Program-made: the position numbers and the translations under genes
Shown: positions 12,258-25,600 of the stretch, in pieces
Numbering within the stretch: the stretch's first letter is position 1
Layout: every line of letters begins with the position of its first letter
Assembly (NCBI GenBank): GCA_004431415.1
Contig: QPMI01000609.1
Span: 161,440 to 225,439, forward strand
DNA from: Cyanophora paradoxa CCMP329
Lineage: Eukaryota > Plantae > Glaucophyta
Reading direction: 5' to 3'
Length of the DNA: 64,000 nt
Notes under the pieces: model-generated
The model's database searches: none
What the model was told of the DNA's origin: nothing
The model's input: the letters and a program-made list of their open reading frames with translations, nothing else

Positions 12258-14733
12258 ACACATATTGAAAAACGAATTTAAATCCCTCCGCTTCGCGCTT
12301 CGCGCTTCGCTCCTGGATCAGGCGAAGCCTCTTTCAGGCGAAGCCTCTTTCTCAAACCCAAAAACCGCCGATATAAATTCCTTTTTTAACCTTTTTTTCC
12401 ACTCAAGATCCCCCCTGCTAAATAATTTCCGCGTCGCACTCCCTCGAGGACGAATTATTAATTCTGCCTCGACACGGACGCGATTGCCGCTAATGACTCA
12501 GCTACCCTAACCCCCACAGACCTCTCTAGATCCATTTTTAGCGTCGTGGCTCCCCTAAGACGACCGCTCGCCCGTGGGCGTCGCGCGAAAATCGAATTTC
12601 CCTCTGGATCAATTCCGGTACTTAACCTCCGACAAATGCAGTCCGAGTCAGAAGGTGGGACCCGGTCCCGCCCGGTCCCGCGACGAAATCGCGCCAGGGA
12701 CGCCCCAGAACGATACAGAATGCCGCGCGAGGGCGAGCGCATCGCCGCAAACTCGATTTCAAGCGCCGTCGACGCTCCAGTGCGAAGAGTCGGCCGAAAA
12801 TTTGATCCAGCGCTAGCCGGTCCCGCCCGGTCCCGCGACGCGCGCAATCGATGCGTACTGGCGCGCATGGACATAGCAGGGCCTGCGCACCCCCGAAATC
12901 CGCTTTTCGGAGCCGGAACAGCGCAGGAAGGTACCCGACGGCCAAAATTCGATCCTGCACGCGCCCTGACATCTTTCCGCGCGCCCACGCCGCGGCGCAT
13001 GCGCGGAACGATAGCATAAGCATTTAAGATGTAGGCAAAGTCTTCCGCACGCTTTGCGTATGCGACGGGCCGCGAGGACCCAGCCGACCCCGAAAATTCG
13101 ATCCTGCATGGACCTGCACATCTTTCCGCGCGCCCTCGCCTCGAGCTCCGCAGCCCCGCACATCGATGCTATAGCTATATGCATTCAAGATTCTGTTTAA
13201 GCGATTCGCAAGCTCTGTGCATGCGCCTGGCCGCGAGAACCTTGCCCTCCCGGGCCTCCCTCTCAACAATATTATATATAATTCATCTCCTCTAATCTCA
13301 ACCTGCTCCGGCCTCCCTTTATTTCCTCAGTACATTAATATTCCTCTAGTTATATTCCTCTAGCCGGCCAGCGGTAGCTGGACTGGCCGTCAGCCGGCCA
13401 GCTTCCAACCAGAAAGCTGTTCGCGATCGGCCAGGCCGCTGGCCAGTGCCCTATAGGCCTACTGTGACAGCCGCGAGGGCGTCCGCGAGGCTTCGCCGTA
13501 CTTAGTGCTCCGCAGGAGCACGGATCTTGTCTCAAACCCAAAAACCGCCGATATAAATTCCTTTTTTAACCTTTTTTTCCACTCAAGATCCCCCTGCTAA
13601 ATAATTTCCGCGTCGCACTCCCTCGAGGACGAATTATTAATTCTGCCTCGACACGGACGCGATTGCCGCTAATGACTCAGCTACCCTAACCCCCACAGAC
13701 CTCTCTAGATCCATTTTTAGCGTCGTGGCTCCCTAAGACGACCGCTCGCCCGTGGGCGTCGCGCGAAAATCGAATTTCCCTCTGGATCAATTCCGGTACT
13801 TAACCTCCGACAAATGCAGTCCGAGTCAGAAGGTGGGACCCGGTCCCGCCCGGTCCCGCGACGAAATCGCGCCAGGGACGCCCCAGAACGATACAGAATG
13901 CCGCGCGAGGGCGAGCGCATCGCCGCAAACTCGATTTCAAGCGCCGTCGACGCTCCAGTGCGAAGAGTCGGCCGAAAATTTGATCCAGCGCTAGCCGGTC
14001 CCGCCCGGTCCCGCGACGCGCGCAATCGATGCGTACTGGCGCGCATGGACATAGCAGGGCCTGCGCACCCCCGAAATCCGCTTTTCGGAGCCGGAACAGC
14101 GCAGGAAGGTACCCGACGGCCAAAATTCGATCCTGCACGCGCCCTGACATCTTTCCGCGCGCCCACGCCGCGGCGCATGCGCGGAACGATAGCATAAGCA
14201 TTTAAGATGTAGGCAAAGTCTTCCGCACGCTTTGCGTATGCGACGGGCCGCGAGGACCCAGCCGACCCCGAAAATTCGATCCTGCATGGACCTGCACATC
14301 TTTCCGCGCGCCCTCGCCTCGAGCTCCGCAGCCCCGCACATCGATGCTATAGCTATATGCATTCAAGATTCTGTTTAAGCGATTCGCAAGCTCTGTGCAT
14401 GCGCCTGGCCGCGAGAACCTTGCCCCTCCCGGGCCTCCCTCTCAACAATATTATATATAATTCATCTCCTCTAATCTCAACCTGCTCCGGCCTCCCTTTA
14501 TTTCCTCAGTACATTAATATTCCTCTAGTTATATTCCTCTAGCCGGCCAGCGGTAGCTGGACTGGCCGTCAGCCGGCCAGCTTCCAACCAGAAAGCTGTT
14601 CGCGATCGGCCAGGCCGCTGGCCAGTGCCCTATAGGCCTACTGTGACAGCCGCGAGGGCGTCCGCGAGGCTTCGCCGTACTTAGTGCTCCGCAGGAGCAC
14701 GGATCTTGTTTAAATTCGTTTTTCAATATGTGT
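12258..14733. repeat. Small 28-bp inverted-repeat element (MITE/foldback-like) split by the Helitron2-like insertion
   Basis: ACACATATTGAAAAACGAATTTAAATCC (12258-12285) is the exact reverse complement of GGA (12315-12317) joined to TTTAAATTCGTTTTTCAATATGTGT (14709-14733). Confidence 0.8.
12318..14708 (+). mobile_element. Nested pair of non-autonomous Helitron2/Helentron-like elements (2 x 16-bp 5' end + 2 type-A bodies)
   Basis: TCAGGCGAAGCCTCTT x2 (12318-12349); bodies 12350-13529 and 13530-14708. Each body ends with subterminal GAGGCTTCGCC (inverted to GGCGAAGCCTC in the 5' end), hairpin GTGCTCC-GCA-GGAGCAC, then GGATCTTG|T. No TSD and no credible ORF. Confidence 0.85.
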
Positions 14734-15049
14734 TAATTTAATACTAAAATACATATTTTTCGATTAATTTCTTTAACTTTTTATGCAAACTTTGTATAAA
14801 ATAATGCAAACTTTGTATTAAAAATGAAAACGCGTTTACCAAAATGCATATTTTCGATTAAACTTCGATAGATTCAATTGATCTTATATCGATTGATTAT
14901 GTACTTTGTTGTTTACATACAAATCTGCGATAGATTAACATTAAACTACTTAAAGAACGATATAATCGCGATTAATTCGCATAAATTCGCATAAACTCGA
15001 TATATCTCTCATGTATTGAAGTAGACCACCGCCCATTCTGTATCGAAAA

Positions 15050-15310
15050 ACGCAAAAAGTGTCACAGAGTTGCATTGTGTCCAATTGAACAATCGATGAG
15101 ATCGCTGATGTACATTTTTGCACCGAAAAAGTGTCACAGAGTTGCATTATGTCCAATTAAACAATTGAGGAGATTGCGCGATTTTCTATTGGAATATATC
15201 GGAACTGCATCACGTCCAATTAAACAATCGATGAGATTCGGTTGTATATTTTAGATCGAAAAAGTGTCACAGAGTTGCATGGTCTCCAATTGAACAATCG
15301 ATTAGATTCC
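15050..15310. repeat. AT-rich degenerate ~70-bp tandem repeat (~4 units)
   Basis: AAAAAGTGTCACAGAGTTGCAT...TCCAATT(G/A)AACAAT recurs near 15054, 15126, 15200 (partial) and 15259. Confidence 0.75.
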
Positions 15311-16727
15311 TCGGCCCGCCGCGCCGGGCCCGGCCGGCCGCGCGGCCCCGCGGCGCGGGCCCCCAGTGGCCCCCCACTGGGCCAGGGCCCAGGCCCCGGC
15401 CCCCGGGCCCCGGCACTGGGTCGGCAGCCGGGGGCTCCCGGTTTCCGGCCCCCCGCGGCCCCGCCGGGGCCCGGGCCGGGCCCTAGGCCCCCTCAGGCTA
15501 GCCAGGCCCCTAGCTAGGGGCTGAGGCGGAGGCTTTTCGAATTCGAATTCGGCGAAAAGGTTTCGCGGAAGGCTCTTTTATCATTGTATACGTATAACTA
15601 TATATATAAACATAACAAAATATCATGATCAGGGGCTCTTTTCTCCACCACACCGGACGAATACAACGAGCACGAAAAAAGATACCGGGTACAAGGTACC
15701 TCGTACATTGCTGGGGCAGCGTCCGAGAAATTAACACTGACTTTATTTCGAATTCGATTTTAATTTGTATGTAGCTATATTATATATATAGCATAGCTAG
15801 ATATATATATCTTAGAAAACTTTTAATATTGCGCGATATTGCGCATTATAATATTCAGATTGCGCGTACGTATATACGTACGTGTACGTATATCACGGTA
15901 TATGTATATAAATCGCAATATTTGCGCATACGAGCTATTTAATTTTCAAAATCAAAAATTATGTGACTTTTGTTCGTCATTTCGATCGCTGTACTTGAGC
16001 GCTAGCTATAGCTTGCCAAGTTCAACGGTTGTCTAAGTACGAACGAGTTGAGACTCCTTGAGAGTCCCTGAGACCCTCGAAACTCCGAAGTTCCAATTGG
16101 GCGCAACAAGTACCCTGTTTTGGTACGCCGGCCGGCGCCCGCCGGCCGGCCCGGCCCGCGCCGGGCCGGCGCGCCGCGGCGCCGGCGCCGGCCGCTGCCG
16201 CGCGCGGCGCTGCGCGCGGCGCCGCCGGGTACCGCGCGCGCGCGTCGCGCGCGTTAACGTTGCAGGCGGGTGCGAGGCGTTTCCTAGGCGACGAATGCCG
16301 TACGCGCGTGGTGCGCAGCCGCTGCAGGCTCCGATCCGATATCGACGGCGATATTCGCGCGCAGTTGCAGCAGCTGCAGCTATAGCTTCATAGCGAGCGA
16401 GCCGCCGCGGAGCAGCAGCCTAGCGCTCTCATATTATGAGTCATATAGTGTAGCGCGAGCAGTGCGCGTACGTATACGACAGCGAGTGTTTGCACGCTGC
16501 AACTGCGGACCAGTGCACGTGAGGGCTTTTCAGGATCTGCGGACGTGAGTGTCAAGCCGCACCCGTGTCAGCCAGCTTAACCTTGAGCTTGCCAGCCGGG
16601 AAATCTTCCGATCCGCCGAATCCACACGCGCAAGCGCACATCGGCCGGCCGATTAGAACAGACTCGGGGAGCAGTACACATAGCGTTCGAAATTTTCGTC
16701 GAAGCTTTGCGGGAGCAGCAACGAAAA

Positions 16728-18350
16728 ATGCGGACACGGGCTCGCGCTGCAGACGCGATGCGAGCGGCCTTGACCATAGAAAGCGAGTTAAAAGCGGCCC
16801 CGGATTGTTTTCATGCAGCAGGGCCCAGCTCTCCGAACATATCCGAAAACGGCTCCAGCTGCCTTTCGTTGATTTCTGCGGAGGAGAGGGCCGAGTCTAT
16901 CTATGGGGAGGCCTGCGGCAGCAGCGCCGGCCGGGCGGGCGTCTCGAGCACGGACGAGGAGCTGGAAGGTGCGCCGCCCGCTGCGCTCAGGCGGCACAGG
17001 GGCGAGAATTACTCACGATCGCACATTAAACAGCATTCGCGTCCTCGCTTGGCCCGCTCGCGCACCACTCGAATTCGAGCCGGTGGCGCTGCGACGAAAT
17101 ACGTTCGTCTCTCTTTCTCCGAGCGCTAGCTTCTGTGCTCGCCATTTTAACGGAGCTCGCAGCTTTCGGCGATACGAATCCTGCGCTGGGCGAAGACGAG
17201 GGCCTGAGGGAATTCTCTGCGCCGCGGGCGAAACGCCCGCGCCTGATGCGCACGCTGCTGGTGCCGTCAAGCCTGGCCGAAAGCCTCCCCCAAGTCCCGC
17301 CGAGCTGCAGCGAGCCTCTAGATCTAGGCGACGTGTGCTCCAACGTGTTTGAGGCCCCGCACTCCTTTTGCCTGCGCTTCGACGTGAGTCACGATTACTA
17401 TTCCCTGCGCATTCATCGCGCGGCCGCTGTTCCGCAGCTGAGACGCGAGCGTGCAGAGCGTGCGGGCCCCCTTCCGAGTGATCCCGCCGGAGGCTGCGGC
17501 GATCATGCGGTCGTTCGCGGAGTGCATCGATATCGAGGCGCCGGCCGAGGGCGGCGCGCCGGCTTCGCCGCCGGCGCCGGGGCCGGATGACGAAGACCAC
17601 AAGGGCGCGGCGCCGGCGCCGGCGCCGCTGCCGACGCCGGCGTCGCTCGAGGCGCACTTGGACGTCGAGCGGCTCGTGCGCGTCCTCTCCGACCCGCGCA
17701 CGACGAACACCCAGCTCTACCGTACCCCGGTGCGCACGCACGCGTACCCGTATCCACGCATGCTGCACGACCGGCCCGTCCCTTGACGCCGTGCGTGCAG
17801 GAGGGCCGGCGCCTGGTGGGCGCCCTGCTCGAGCGCGTGGGCCCACAGGAGTGCGCGGCGGTCACCTCGGCCCTCCTCCTCGCCCTCCTCGCCGCCCCTT
17901 CCGCCTTCTCCGACGCGTCCGAGGCCCACTGGTGCCCCCGCCCCCGCCCCCGCCCCTGCCCCGCTGACCCCCGGACCCCCCACAGCATGGCGGAGGCCTG
18001 CCGGAACGTCGCCCGTGTGCTCTCCCGCGCGGACGAGCCGAGCGCGAGCTCAAGGCCGGCGGAGCGCCCGCGCCCCCTCGCGCCGGCGTGCCAGGTCGTC
18101 TCCCTCCTCAAGAAGGCCCGCTCCGTCTGCAAGTCCGCCTTTGGCAAGGTCCGCCCCATCAAATTCAAAAATCAAAAATTCAAATTCAAACCTTCGTTCG
18201 CAGCTCTCGGAGGAGGTGGCGCGCTGCGACGTGGACCTGGGGTCGCTGAGCCGGCGGGCCGGGGACGTCGTGGCCTCGGTCGGCCACTACGAGAAGGCCC
18301 AGGAGGCCTGCGTCGAGCTCGGCTGCCCCATGCCCCGGCCCTCCTTCTGA
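16728..18350 (+). CDS. Multi-exon hypothetical protein (helical C-terminal half)
   Basis: Exon-like frames linked by introns with CTGAC/CTCAC-type branch sites: ...LVRVLSDPRTTNTQLY / EGRRLVGALLERVG / MAEACRNVARVL...SAFGK / LSEEVARCDVDL...PRPSF*. The start could also be 16758. Confidence 0.6.
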
Positions 18351-19019
18351 GCGGGCGGGCGCGGCGGCCGCGGCCGGCAACCCTCTTTCACATATATCTA
18401 CGAGACTCGACTCTCGAGTCTGGCCCCGCGGCCGCGAGCGCGGGCCGGCCATTTCCGCGTGCAAGATTTACATCCGTACGCGTAGTCCAGGCGCGCATGC
18501 AGCAGTATATATGCGCATGCAGGAGCGCTAGCTCACATTTTTCATATATAGAGTATAATTGCCGGTTACCTGATCATGAACTGCCAGGCTGTGCTTTTCT
18601 CTTTTTGAGGCTCATTCATTCACATATAACGGCCCTGGATCGGGCCATGGCCATGGCATTCCAGTGTCCGACGGTCGAGCCATCATTAGATTTTCCCATC
18701 CATTTCAATTTCAATTCTCCCACCATTCTCCTGTTCAGACTGTTTCGAGCTTGGCGGAGCTAGAGGCGACATTGCACGATATATAGTTTAATTCGTGCAA
18801 TGTCCGGCGACATCAGGTCCGCCGTTGATAATTAATATTAGCTTGACTTAGTAAGCCTATTAGCCCGGTCTAGTACGTTCAAGCAGCGGTGCCTGATAAC
18901 CCCGGTAGCTATAGCTCACAGAAGCGCAGATTCTTCGAAGTATAGACATGCCAGATTCTTCGAAGTTGTCAGTTTGGGTTTTGTGCGTATGACGGCATCA
19001 TGGTATTTCTCAGAGTCTA

Positions 19020-19158
19020 TTTTTTTTTTTGGTGAATTACCGGCCACAGTCTCTAGACACCAGCACTGCGGGGGCTGCCCATGGCCAGGGGGCATAAAGA
19101 CAAAAAAGCAAAATAACTAAGACAAGAGCACGAAGAAAGATAAGACAAAGAGCCAAAA
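19020..19158 (-). mobile_element. Short poly(A) retroposon (family R1) with 10-bp TSD
   Basis: T11 followed by GGTGAATTACCGGCCACAG...; flanked by TCAGAGTCTA at 19010-19019 and 19159-19168. Confidence 0.8.
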
Positions 19159-20911
19159 TCAGAGTCTAATCGTTGATTCATAAATGTTTAATCTCAATAA
19201 ACATCATAGTATGCTCAAAATTTTAAATCGAGCAGTGGCGAATTCAAAAATGATTCGAATTCGAAGGGAGACCCTCGCGCGGCCCCTCAGGTCAAGACTA
19301 GTATTTACGTAGTTATAGGGCCCCGCCAAAGGCTTTCGAATTTCCTTACGGGGCTTTCGAGGCCCTGATCATGAGGGCCAGGTCGCAGTGTGCCTCAGCG
19401 AGTTCTAACCGTTGAACGACTCTCATCAGGGCATGCGTTATGGCATCGGAGATCGACTCAGGGCGGCGATGATCAGGATTCATGATCATCATGATATCGA
19501 TCATCGGATCAGGATGGGAGTCGTCAATGACTCGTCATGATCATGGCATAGACTCATAAGCTTGCAACTTCTAGAAAACTTCAAGGCTTCAAGGCTTGCA
19601 GCCTCAGGCTGCAGCTTCAAGGCTTGAAAAATAAATTGAAGCCTGCAACTAGGCTGCAATTGCAAGTTCTGCAATTTGGCAACAGCGCTAGCAGGCTGCA
19701 AGGAGCCTGTCGACGTCAGGGAACGAAACGCCCGAACTTCGGAGCGTTCACATGCAGAGGGCCATTTCTTGCATTCATTCCCCTGAGCTATATCTGGCGC
19801 CTCCATCTGGCCCCGCTCGCCGCCGCTGTACACGCCGCACATCGCGGCACATGTACAGCTACTGCTATAGGTCCGTGGCTCACTTTGCATCGTGCTCGGT
19901 TCGCTCACCGCGGGCGATCCGGCGCAGCGCATCTGGCGGTTCGTCGCCCTCGCGCCGCCGCCGCATGTCAACGCGATCCCGTGCGCGTGGTTGTGGCGGA
20001 GCGCGCGCGCAGGGCATGGGGGCGGCATGCTGCAGCTCGTCGGCGATAGCGGCGGCGCCTGGGGAGTGCGACGCGCTCGAGCGTTTCGCACACCGGGCGA
20101 TGTGTGGCTGGAGCTGGTGCCTCGTAACGCTGTCCCCCCCGGTTTTGGGCAGCCCCAAAACCGGCGCTGGCGCGGCGGCGGCAGCGCGGAGGACCCGAAG
20201 CGGTACACAGCGCAATCGGCGCTCTGTACTGCGCATGCATAACGCGACCAGAGCGCTAGCAGCGCGGACTGCATGACGGAATCGCTGCCCCCCCCCTCCG
20301 CAAGCGGGCGCGCGGGACCTTGGCGCGCGGGCGCGCAGCGCGGATCCGCTAGCAAAAAGGACCTATGCGCGCCGATTCCCTAGCACTCGTGTAGCTGTCT
20401 TGTCGATCCCGCGCCGCGAATCCCGCGCCCGCAGTGGTCGAAAATCGATGGTAACGGCGCTAGACGCCGCATAACGTATGATGATCAGCATCCCGCAATC
20501 TTTATTTATGCCAGCTGGCGCGTAGCGCGCTGCCCCCCTCGCCCCGCCATGCCACAACACACACTCCCCAACCGAGTGATGCAATTAACTTTCTAGCAGA
20601 ATGCGCTCTTGTGTCCCTGATACTACCATAGCTATAGGCCTCGCTATAGACTCATTAATATATTGGGAATGACATACTGTAAAGCAGGAAATATTTAAGA
20701 GCCCAAAATGTTTAGTAATTCCGGGGTTCGGCCGGTTTAGTAGGCCTAGAATAAATAAGAGTGGTACAGTGGTACTACGGTCCGCCGGCCCGGCGCCGGG
20801 CCGGTACGAATTGAAGAATTTGGCCTACTAGTAGTACGTATCGCACGGTATCGGCAGTACCACGGTAACATGATTTGGTACACGTACTAAAACCGCAACC
20901 CTCTCTACCGC

Positions 20912-22516
20912 CTACCGCCGCACCGCGACCCTCTCTCCTTCGGGGAGCACGCTCCAGTTGGGGCTCTGTACCCCCCTTAGCGCCACGGGGGGTGGACAGG
21001 GGGGGGAAGAACCTGCTGGGTACGGAGCCATCGGAAGTCCTCCACGGCCGCCCACCGGTTCTCGACTCCCTCGAATCCCGCCTCCTGCGCGCGCGCCCAG
21101 CCGCCCGCATCGGCGCAGGCTCCGTGTACCCCCTTGTACCCGGTTGCCGCACCCTGGACTGGGACGGAAGCTCGGGGTACGAGAGGTTGTAGGGGGCGAA
21201 TCGGAGCCCCGAGCAGTGCTCGATGATGGGGCCGCTCCGCACGTGCACGTAGAAGTCGCACCCCTTCGCGTCGTGGATCCGGATCTGCTCATTCAGGTGA
21301 GGCTCAGATGAGCGGGGGCGACGTCGAGGAGGGGGCGGGGGCGGGGGCGGGGGCGGGGGCGGGCCTGGCGGCTCATAAGGGAGAAGGAGCAGCGCTCGGC
21401 GCCCTCGATGCGGACGGACCCGTCCACAGGCCCCGCGTGTACCCGGCAGTTCTCCACCCTGCGCGCCCGCCAAAAGTGAGCCAGAGCTGAGCGATCCAAG
21501 ACGAGGAAGGCCCCAATCAAAGCGCCTGTGGATGTGCAGGGCGGAGGTGCGCTGGAGGAGGAAGACGTCGCAGTCCTTCAGGTCCCGCAGGATGACGTCA
21601 CGCCCGGGCTCCAGCTCCCCGGCGCCCCGCACCAGGACCTGGCCGGCTAGCCCCGCGATGCAGACCGTCCGCTCGTCCAGTGGCCCTGCGACGACGACCT
21701 TGGGTCGGGGGGCGAGGGAGGGGAGGGGCCCGCGTCCGCGGGCGGGGGCGTCGTCGGCCCCGCGCACCGCCGGCGGGCTGGGACGCAGCCGGCGCAGGCG
21801 GCTCCTCTCTGGAGGCCTCCGGCGGCTGCTGCGGCGCGCGTCGGCGGGGCCGGCTTGCGCCCCTCTCGCGCGGCGCGCGCGCGCACCGTGGGGGCGGGCG
21901 CGGCGGCCGAAGCCGACGTGCCGGGGGACGGCGTGCGGCGGCTGCTGAAGGCGAACTTCTTCTTGGGGGCGACGGCCGCCTTGAGGGTCGCGTGCTCCTT
22001 CTCCAGCCTCGCCAGAACCTGAAGGCGTCGTCGGCGCCGCGCGGGGCTCGCTCGGGGTTCGGTTCGCGGGCGGGCCGGCGCACGTCCTGGGACTGGCGCA
22101 GGTCGTACGGGGGAAGGAACCGCGCCGCCCTCGTCACGCTCGCCTGCAGCTCCGCGACCCTCGCCGCGAGCTCGTCCAGCCTCGCCGACGCCTCCTCGCC
22201 CTGCAGCGCCTTCGCCGCGCCCAGTGCTTCCGCGATGGCTGCGCGCCGCGCGGGTCGGGCACCCAGCGCGGCCACTGGCGGAGCGAGCGCACCGTTCTTC
22301 TCCTTCGTGAATGTCTGGTGGAACGCGGCGGCGCTCTCGCCGGGGTCCTGGTGCTCCTCGCGCTGCGCCTGCTTTAGCTCCCGCTGAACCGCGCGGCTCG
22401 CCTCGGCGGCGGCCAGACGCTCCTCGAACGCCGCGCGCTTGTCCTGCGCGCGCGTCAGCCGGCACGATGGCGCTGGCAGAGCTGGCGGCGCTGGCATGGG
22501 CTCGCACATCGCTCAT
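20912..22516 (-). CDS. TBCC: Tubulin-specific chaperone C (tubulin-binding cofactor C)
   Basis: N-terminal helical domain (FLPPYDLRQSQ, APKKKFAF) and C-CAP beta-helix (DVILRDLKDCDVFL, GPVDGSVRIE, QIRIHDAKGCDFYVHVRSGPIIEHCSGLRFAPY, NRWAAVEDFRWLR, SPNWSVL). Confidence 0.93.
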
Positions 22517-22676
22517 TGCGGGTGCGAGCGGCGCGCTGGCCCGAGATTCCGCGCTGCTCTACAAGAGTACGTCGACAGCGACAGCAGAGGCCAGAGGAAC
22601 CAGAACAAGCTCAAACGGGGCCGGGGGTTAGTCTGAGCAGGGTACAGTTGCCGCGCCGCCTCACCAGCAGAGCGCG
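22517..22676. promoter_or_regulatory. 160-bp divergent (bidirectional) intergenic region
   Basis: Head-to-head ATGs at 22516 (-) and 22677 (+). Confidence 0.55.
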
Positions 22677-25600
22677 ATGCGGGCCACCGTCGTCGCCCTC
22701 GTGGCGATGCTGGCGGTGTTAGCGCCGCTTGCAATCGGTGAGCCCAGTCGAGCTAGACACGCCGCTCGCGCGCCGGTTACCAGAGTTCTGTCAACCTCCG
22801 ACCGGGCCCCACTCGCCCGCGCGATGCTCCTGTGCATATTTCCGACCCGTCGGTGTGCTGATATCGCCCCGCGCCCCCGCCCATCGCAGCAGCTGGCCCT
22901 CCAACGGCCTCGACCGGCAAAACCTTCGTCGGCGCGTTCTCAGGCGTCCAGACTCGCACTTTCCTCGGCCAGGCGGCGGGAGGGTCGGGCGGCTACTCGT
23001 TCCATTGGCGGCAGACCGGCGGGCCGCAGGCTGATATGCACGGCGCGGAGTCGTCCATCGTGTCCGTCGACTTCCACAGTGCTGGCGCCTATTCGTTCTT
23101 GTTCACTGTGCGGGATAGCTCCGGTGAGTGGCATAGCATAGCCGCTTCGCGCTGGCGCCGCAGATTTGAAACTCCGTTGAGCAGGTCAGGAGGCATCATC
23201 CACTGTGTTGGCGTTTCTCGCCGATGGTGAGGGAATCCAAAGCGCGTTGCTGTGCCAGACACTAACAAGATTCGCAGCTGGCACCATGCCCGAAGTCCCG
23301 GTTGGCAAGGACATCGAAGTCCGCCTGCCTCAGACCGCGGTCCGCCTCGTGGCGCCCGACGCGTCCGCCTCGACTACGTGCGCAGTCCTATCTGCTTGCA
23401 TTCCCGGTTGCTAACGCCGGTTGCAGCTACTCCTGGGCAGTGAAATCGGGCCAGGCTGGCCTCACGAAGGATGGCGCGAACTCACCAGCTTTCACCGTCT
23501 CGGACCTCATGCCCGGCTCGTATGTCTTCGAGCTCACGACCCGTGACTCCGCGGCCGGCACCTCGCGCCGCACGGTCAACCTCTACGTCCGCCAGGGTGC
23601 GCGAGTGCCTTGAAAGCTGCCGCGCCCGGCCCATGCGGCGCCGCTGACGCGAGGGCGTAGCGGAGAACGCGCTTCCGTCCGTCCAGGCGCCGGCCGAGGT
23701 CTCGGTGTACGCCCCGGCGAGCGGCACCGAGATCGCGGCGACCGCGTGGGACAACGACGGCAGCGTCTTCTCGTACCAGTGGAAGCAGGCGAGCGACCGC
23801 ACGCGCGACCTGGCCGGCGCTTGCTGCCGCGCCGTCTGACGCGACGCGCGCACGCCGCCCCGCAGGAGACCGGCCCTACGACGCTCGAGCTGACGAACGT
23901 GAACGCACCGAACCTCCAGATTCTGGGAGGCCTTGTGGTCGGCGAGTACAAGTGCGTGCGGGGCGGGGCGGGCGGGGCGGCGGGGCGGCGGGCGGGCGGG
24001 CGGGCGTGGCGCCGGGGCTCACGCGGGGCGCGGCAGGCTCGCCCTGACCGTCACGGATGACGACGGCGGCGTTACGACCGAGTACACCCGCGTCGTCGTC
24101 AAGCGTGCGCCCGCACGCTTTCTCTCCCCGCGGCGCGCCCGCCCACGCGCGCCCCGCAGGCGAGCCGGAGGCCCCGACGCTCTCGCTGGTGCCGCCGGTG
24201 CAGACCGTGCAGCTGCCCGTCCCGGGCGGCGTCTCCTTCGCTGCCGTCGTCGGCAACGCGGACCCGTCGCGCGTCGCCCTCTCGTGGAAGGTCGCGCAGG
24301 GCTCGCCCCTGCGGCTCACGTCCCGCGGCCTCAACGTGACCTGCTCCGAGATCCTGCACCCCGGCACCTACGTCATCGCCGCCATGATGCCCGGACCCCA
24401 GGGCTCCACCATCACGGCCACCGCCACCCTCGTCGGTCCGCCCCCTCCTCCTCGCGCCGCCGGCCCCGCCCCGCCCCGCCGCGCCCCGCCGCGCCGCGTT
24501 GACGCCAGCGCGCGCAGTGGAGGCGCCGGCGGCGTCGCAGGCGGTGGCGCACGTGATGCTGCCGGTGAAGGGCGAGCTCGCGCTCTCTGCCGCCGGCGGC
24601 GCGCACACGGGCGACATGCTCTTCCACTGGGAGCAGGTCGACGGGCCGGCCCAAGTCACGTGCGCCCTCTCGGCCCGCCCCCCGCGCCTCTCCCCGTGCA
24701 CGCCTCGCCGACCCCGCCGCGCACGCAGGCTGCTGGGCGGCTCGAGCCCGCGCGTGGTCCTCTCCGGCCTGAACAAGGACGGCGTCTACGTCTTCCGCTG
24801 CTCAGTCTCGAACAGCATCGGCCAGGCCGCCGTCACCGTCGTGACCCTCTACGCCTCCTTCCGTCCGCCCTTCCCGCCCGCCTTCCCGGCCGGTCGGGCC
24901 GCCCTCTGACTTGGACCGCAGCGCCGAAGCTCGTGGACGGGGCCGACGGCGAGGGCGCCCGCAAGGTGGAGATCCCGTACGAGGACGTGACCGTGGAGAT
25001 CACGCCCCAGGGCGAGCGCCGCCTCTCCTTCCGCCCCATGTCGGTGCGCGCCGCTCTGTTTGTGAGTGTGTGTGCGGCTCTGACGCATCCGTGACGCGCA
25101 GATGACGCTGCGCGCCGACGCGAGCAACGTGGTCTGGCCGAACACGAAGCTCACGTGGGTGCAGTCGGCGGGCCCCGAGCTGGCGCCCAAGCAGGTCTCC
25201 GGCAACGACACGAGCGAGCTGACGCTCCAGAACCTGCTGCCCGGTTCCTACGTCATCGACGCCGTCGCCTACTCCGACTCGATCAAGGCGCGGCTGGAGC
25301 GGCCTGTGTCCTTCACCGTCAACGTCGTCCCGCGGGCCATCGTCCCCGCCGACGTCACCCTCACGGCCCCCAACAGCAGCCTCGTCCTCTCCGGCTCGGC
25401 CGACGACCTCGGCGGCTCCATCGTCTCGTACAGTGCGCCGCGCCGCGCCGCTCGTCGTCGCCGCCGCCGCCGACCGACAGCACCGCGCCGCAGAGTGGGA
25501 GCTGGTGGAGGGCCCCGCGTCGGGATCGAGCCGCATGAGCGGCGTGAACACGGCGACGCTCGCCCTGCGCGACCTGGAGCCCGGCGCCTACCGCTTCCGC

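Noticed and set aside
12350-14708. rDNA intergenic spacer or 5S/spliced-leader repeat unit
   Set aside because: No rRNA or SL-RNA sequence recognised; the termini match a rolling-circle element.
12458-14726. ORFs inside the 1.2-1.6-kb repeat bodies (also 32746-39744)
   Set aside because: No recognisable motifs, and frames are not conserved between variants.
19752-20276. Possible small gene (2OG-Fe(II)-oxygenase-like GGMLQL...PGDVWL)
   Set aside because: No HxD or distal His/Arg motifs and no clear start or splice structure.
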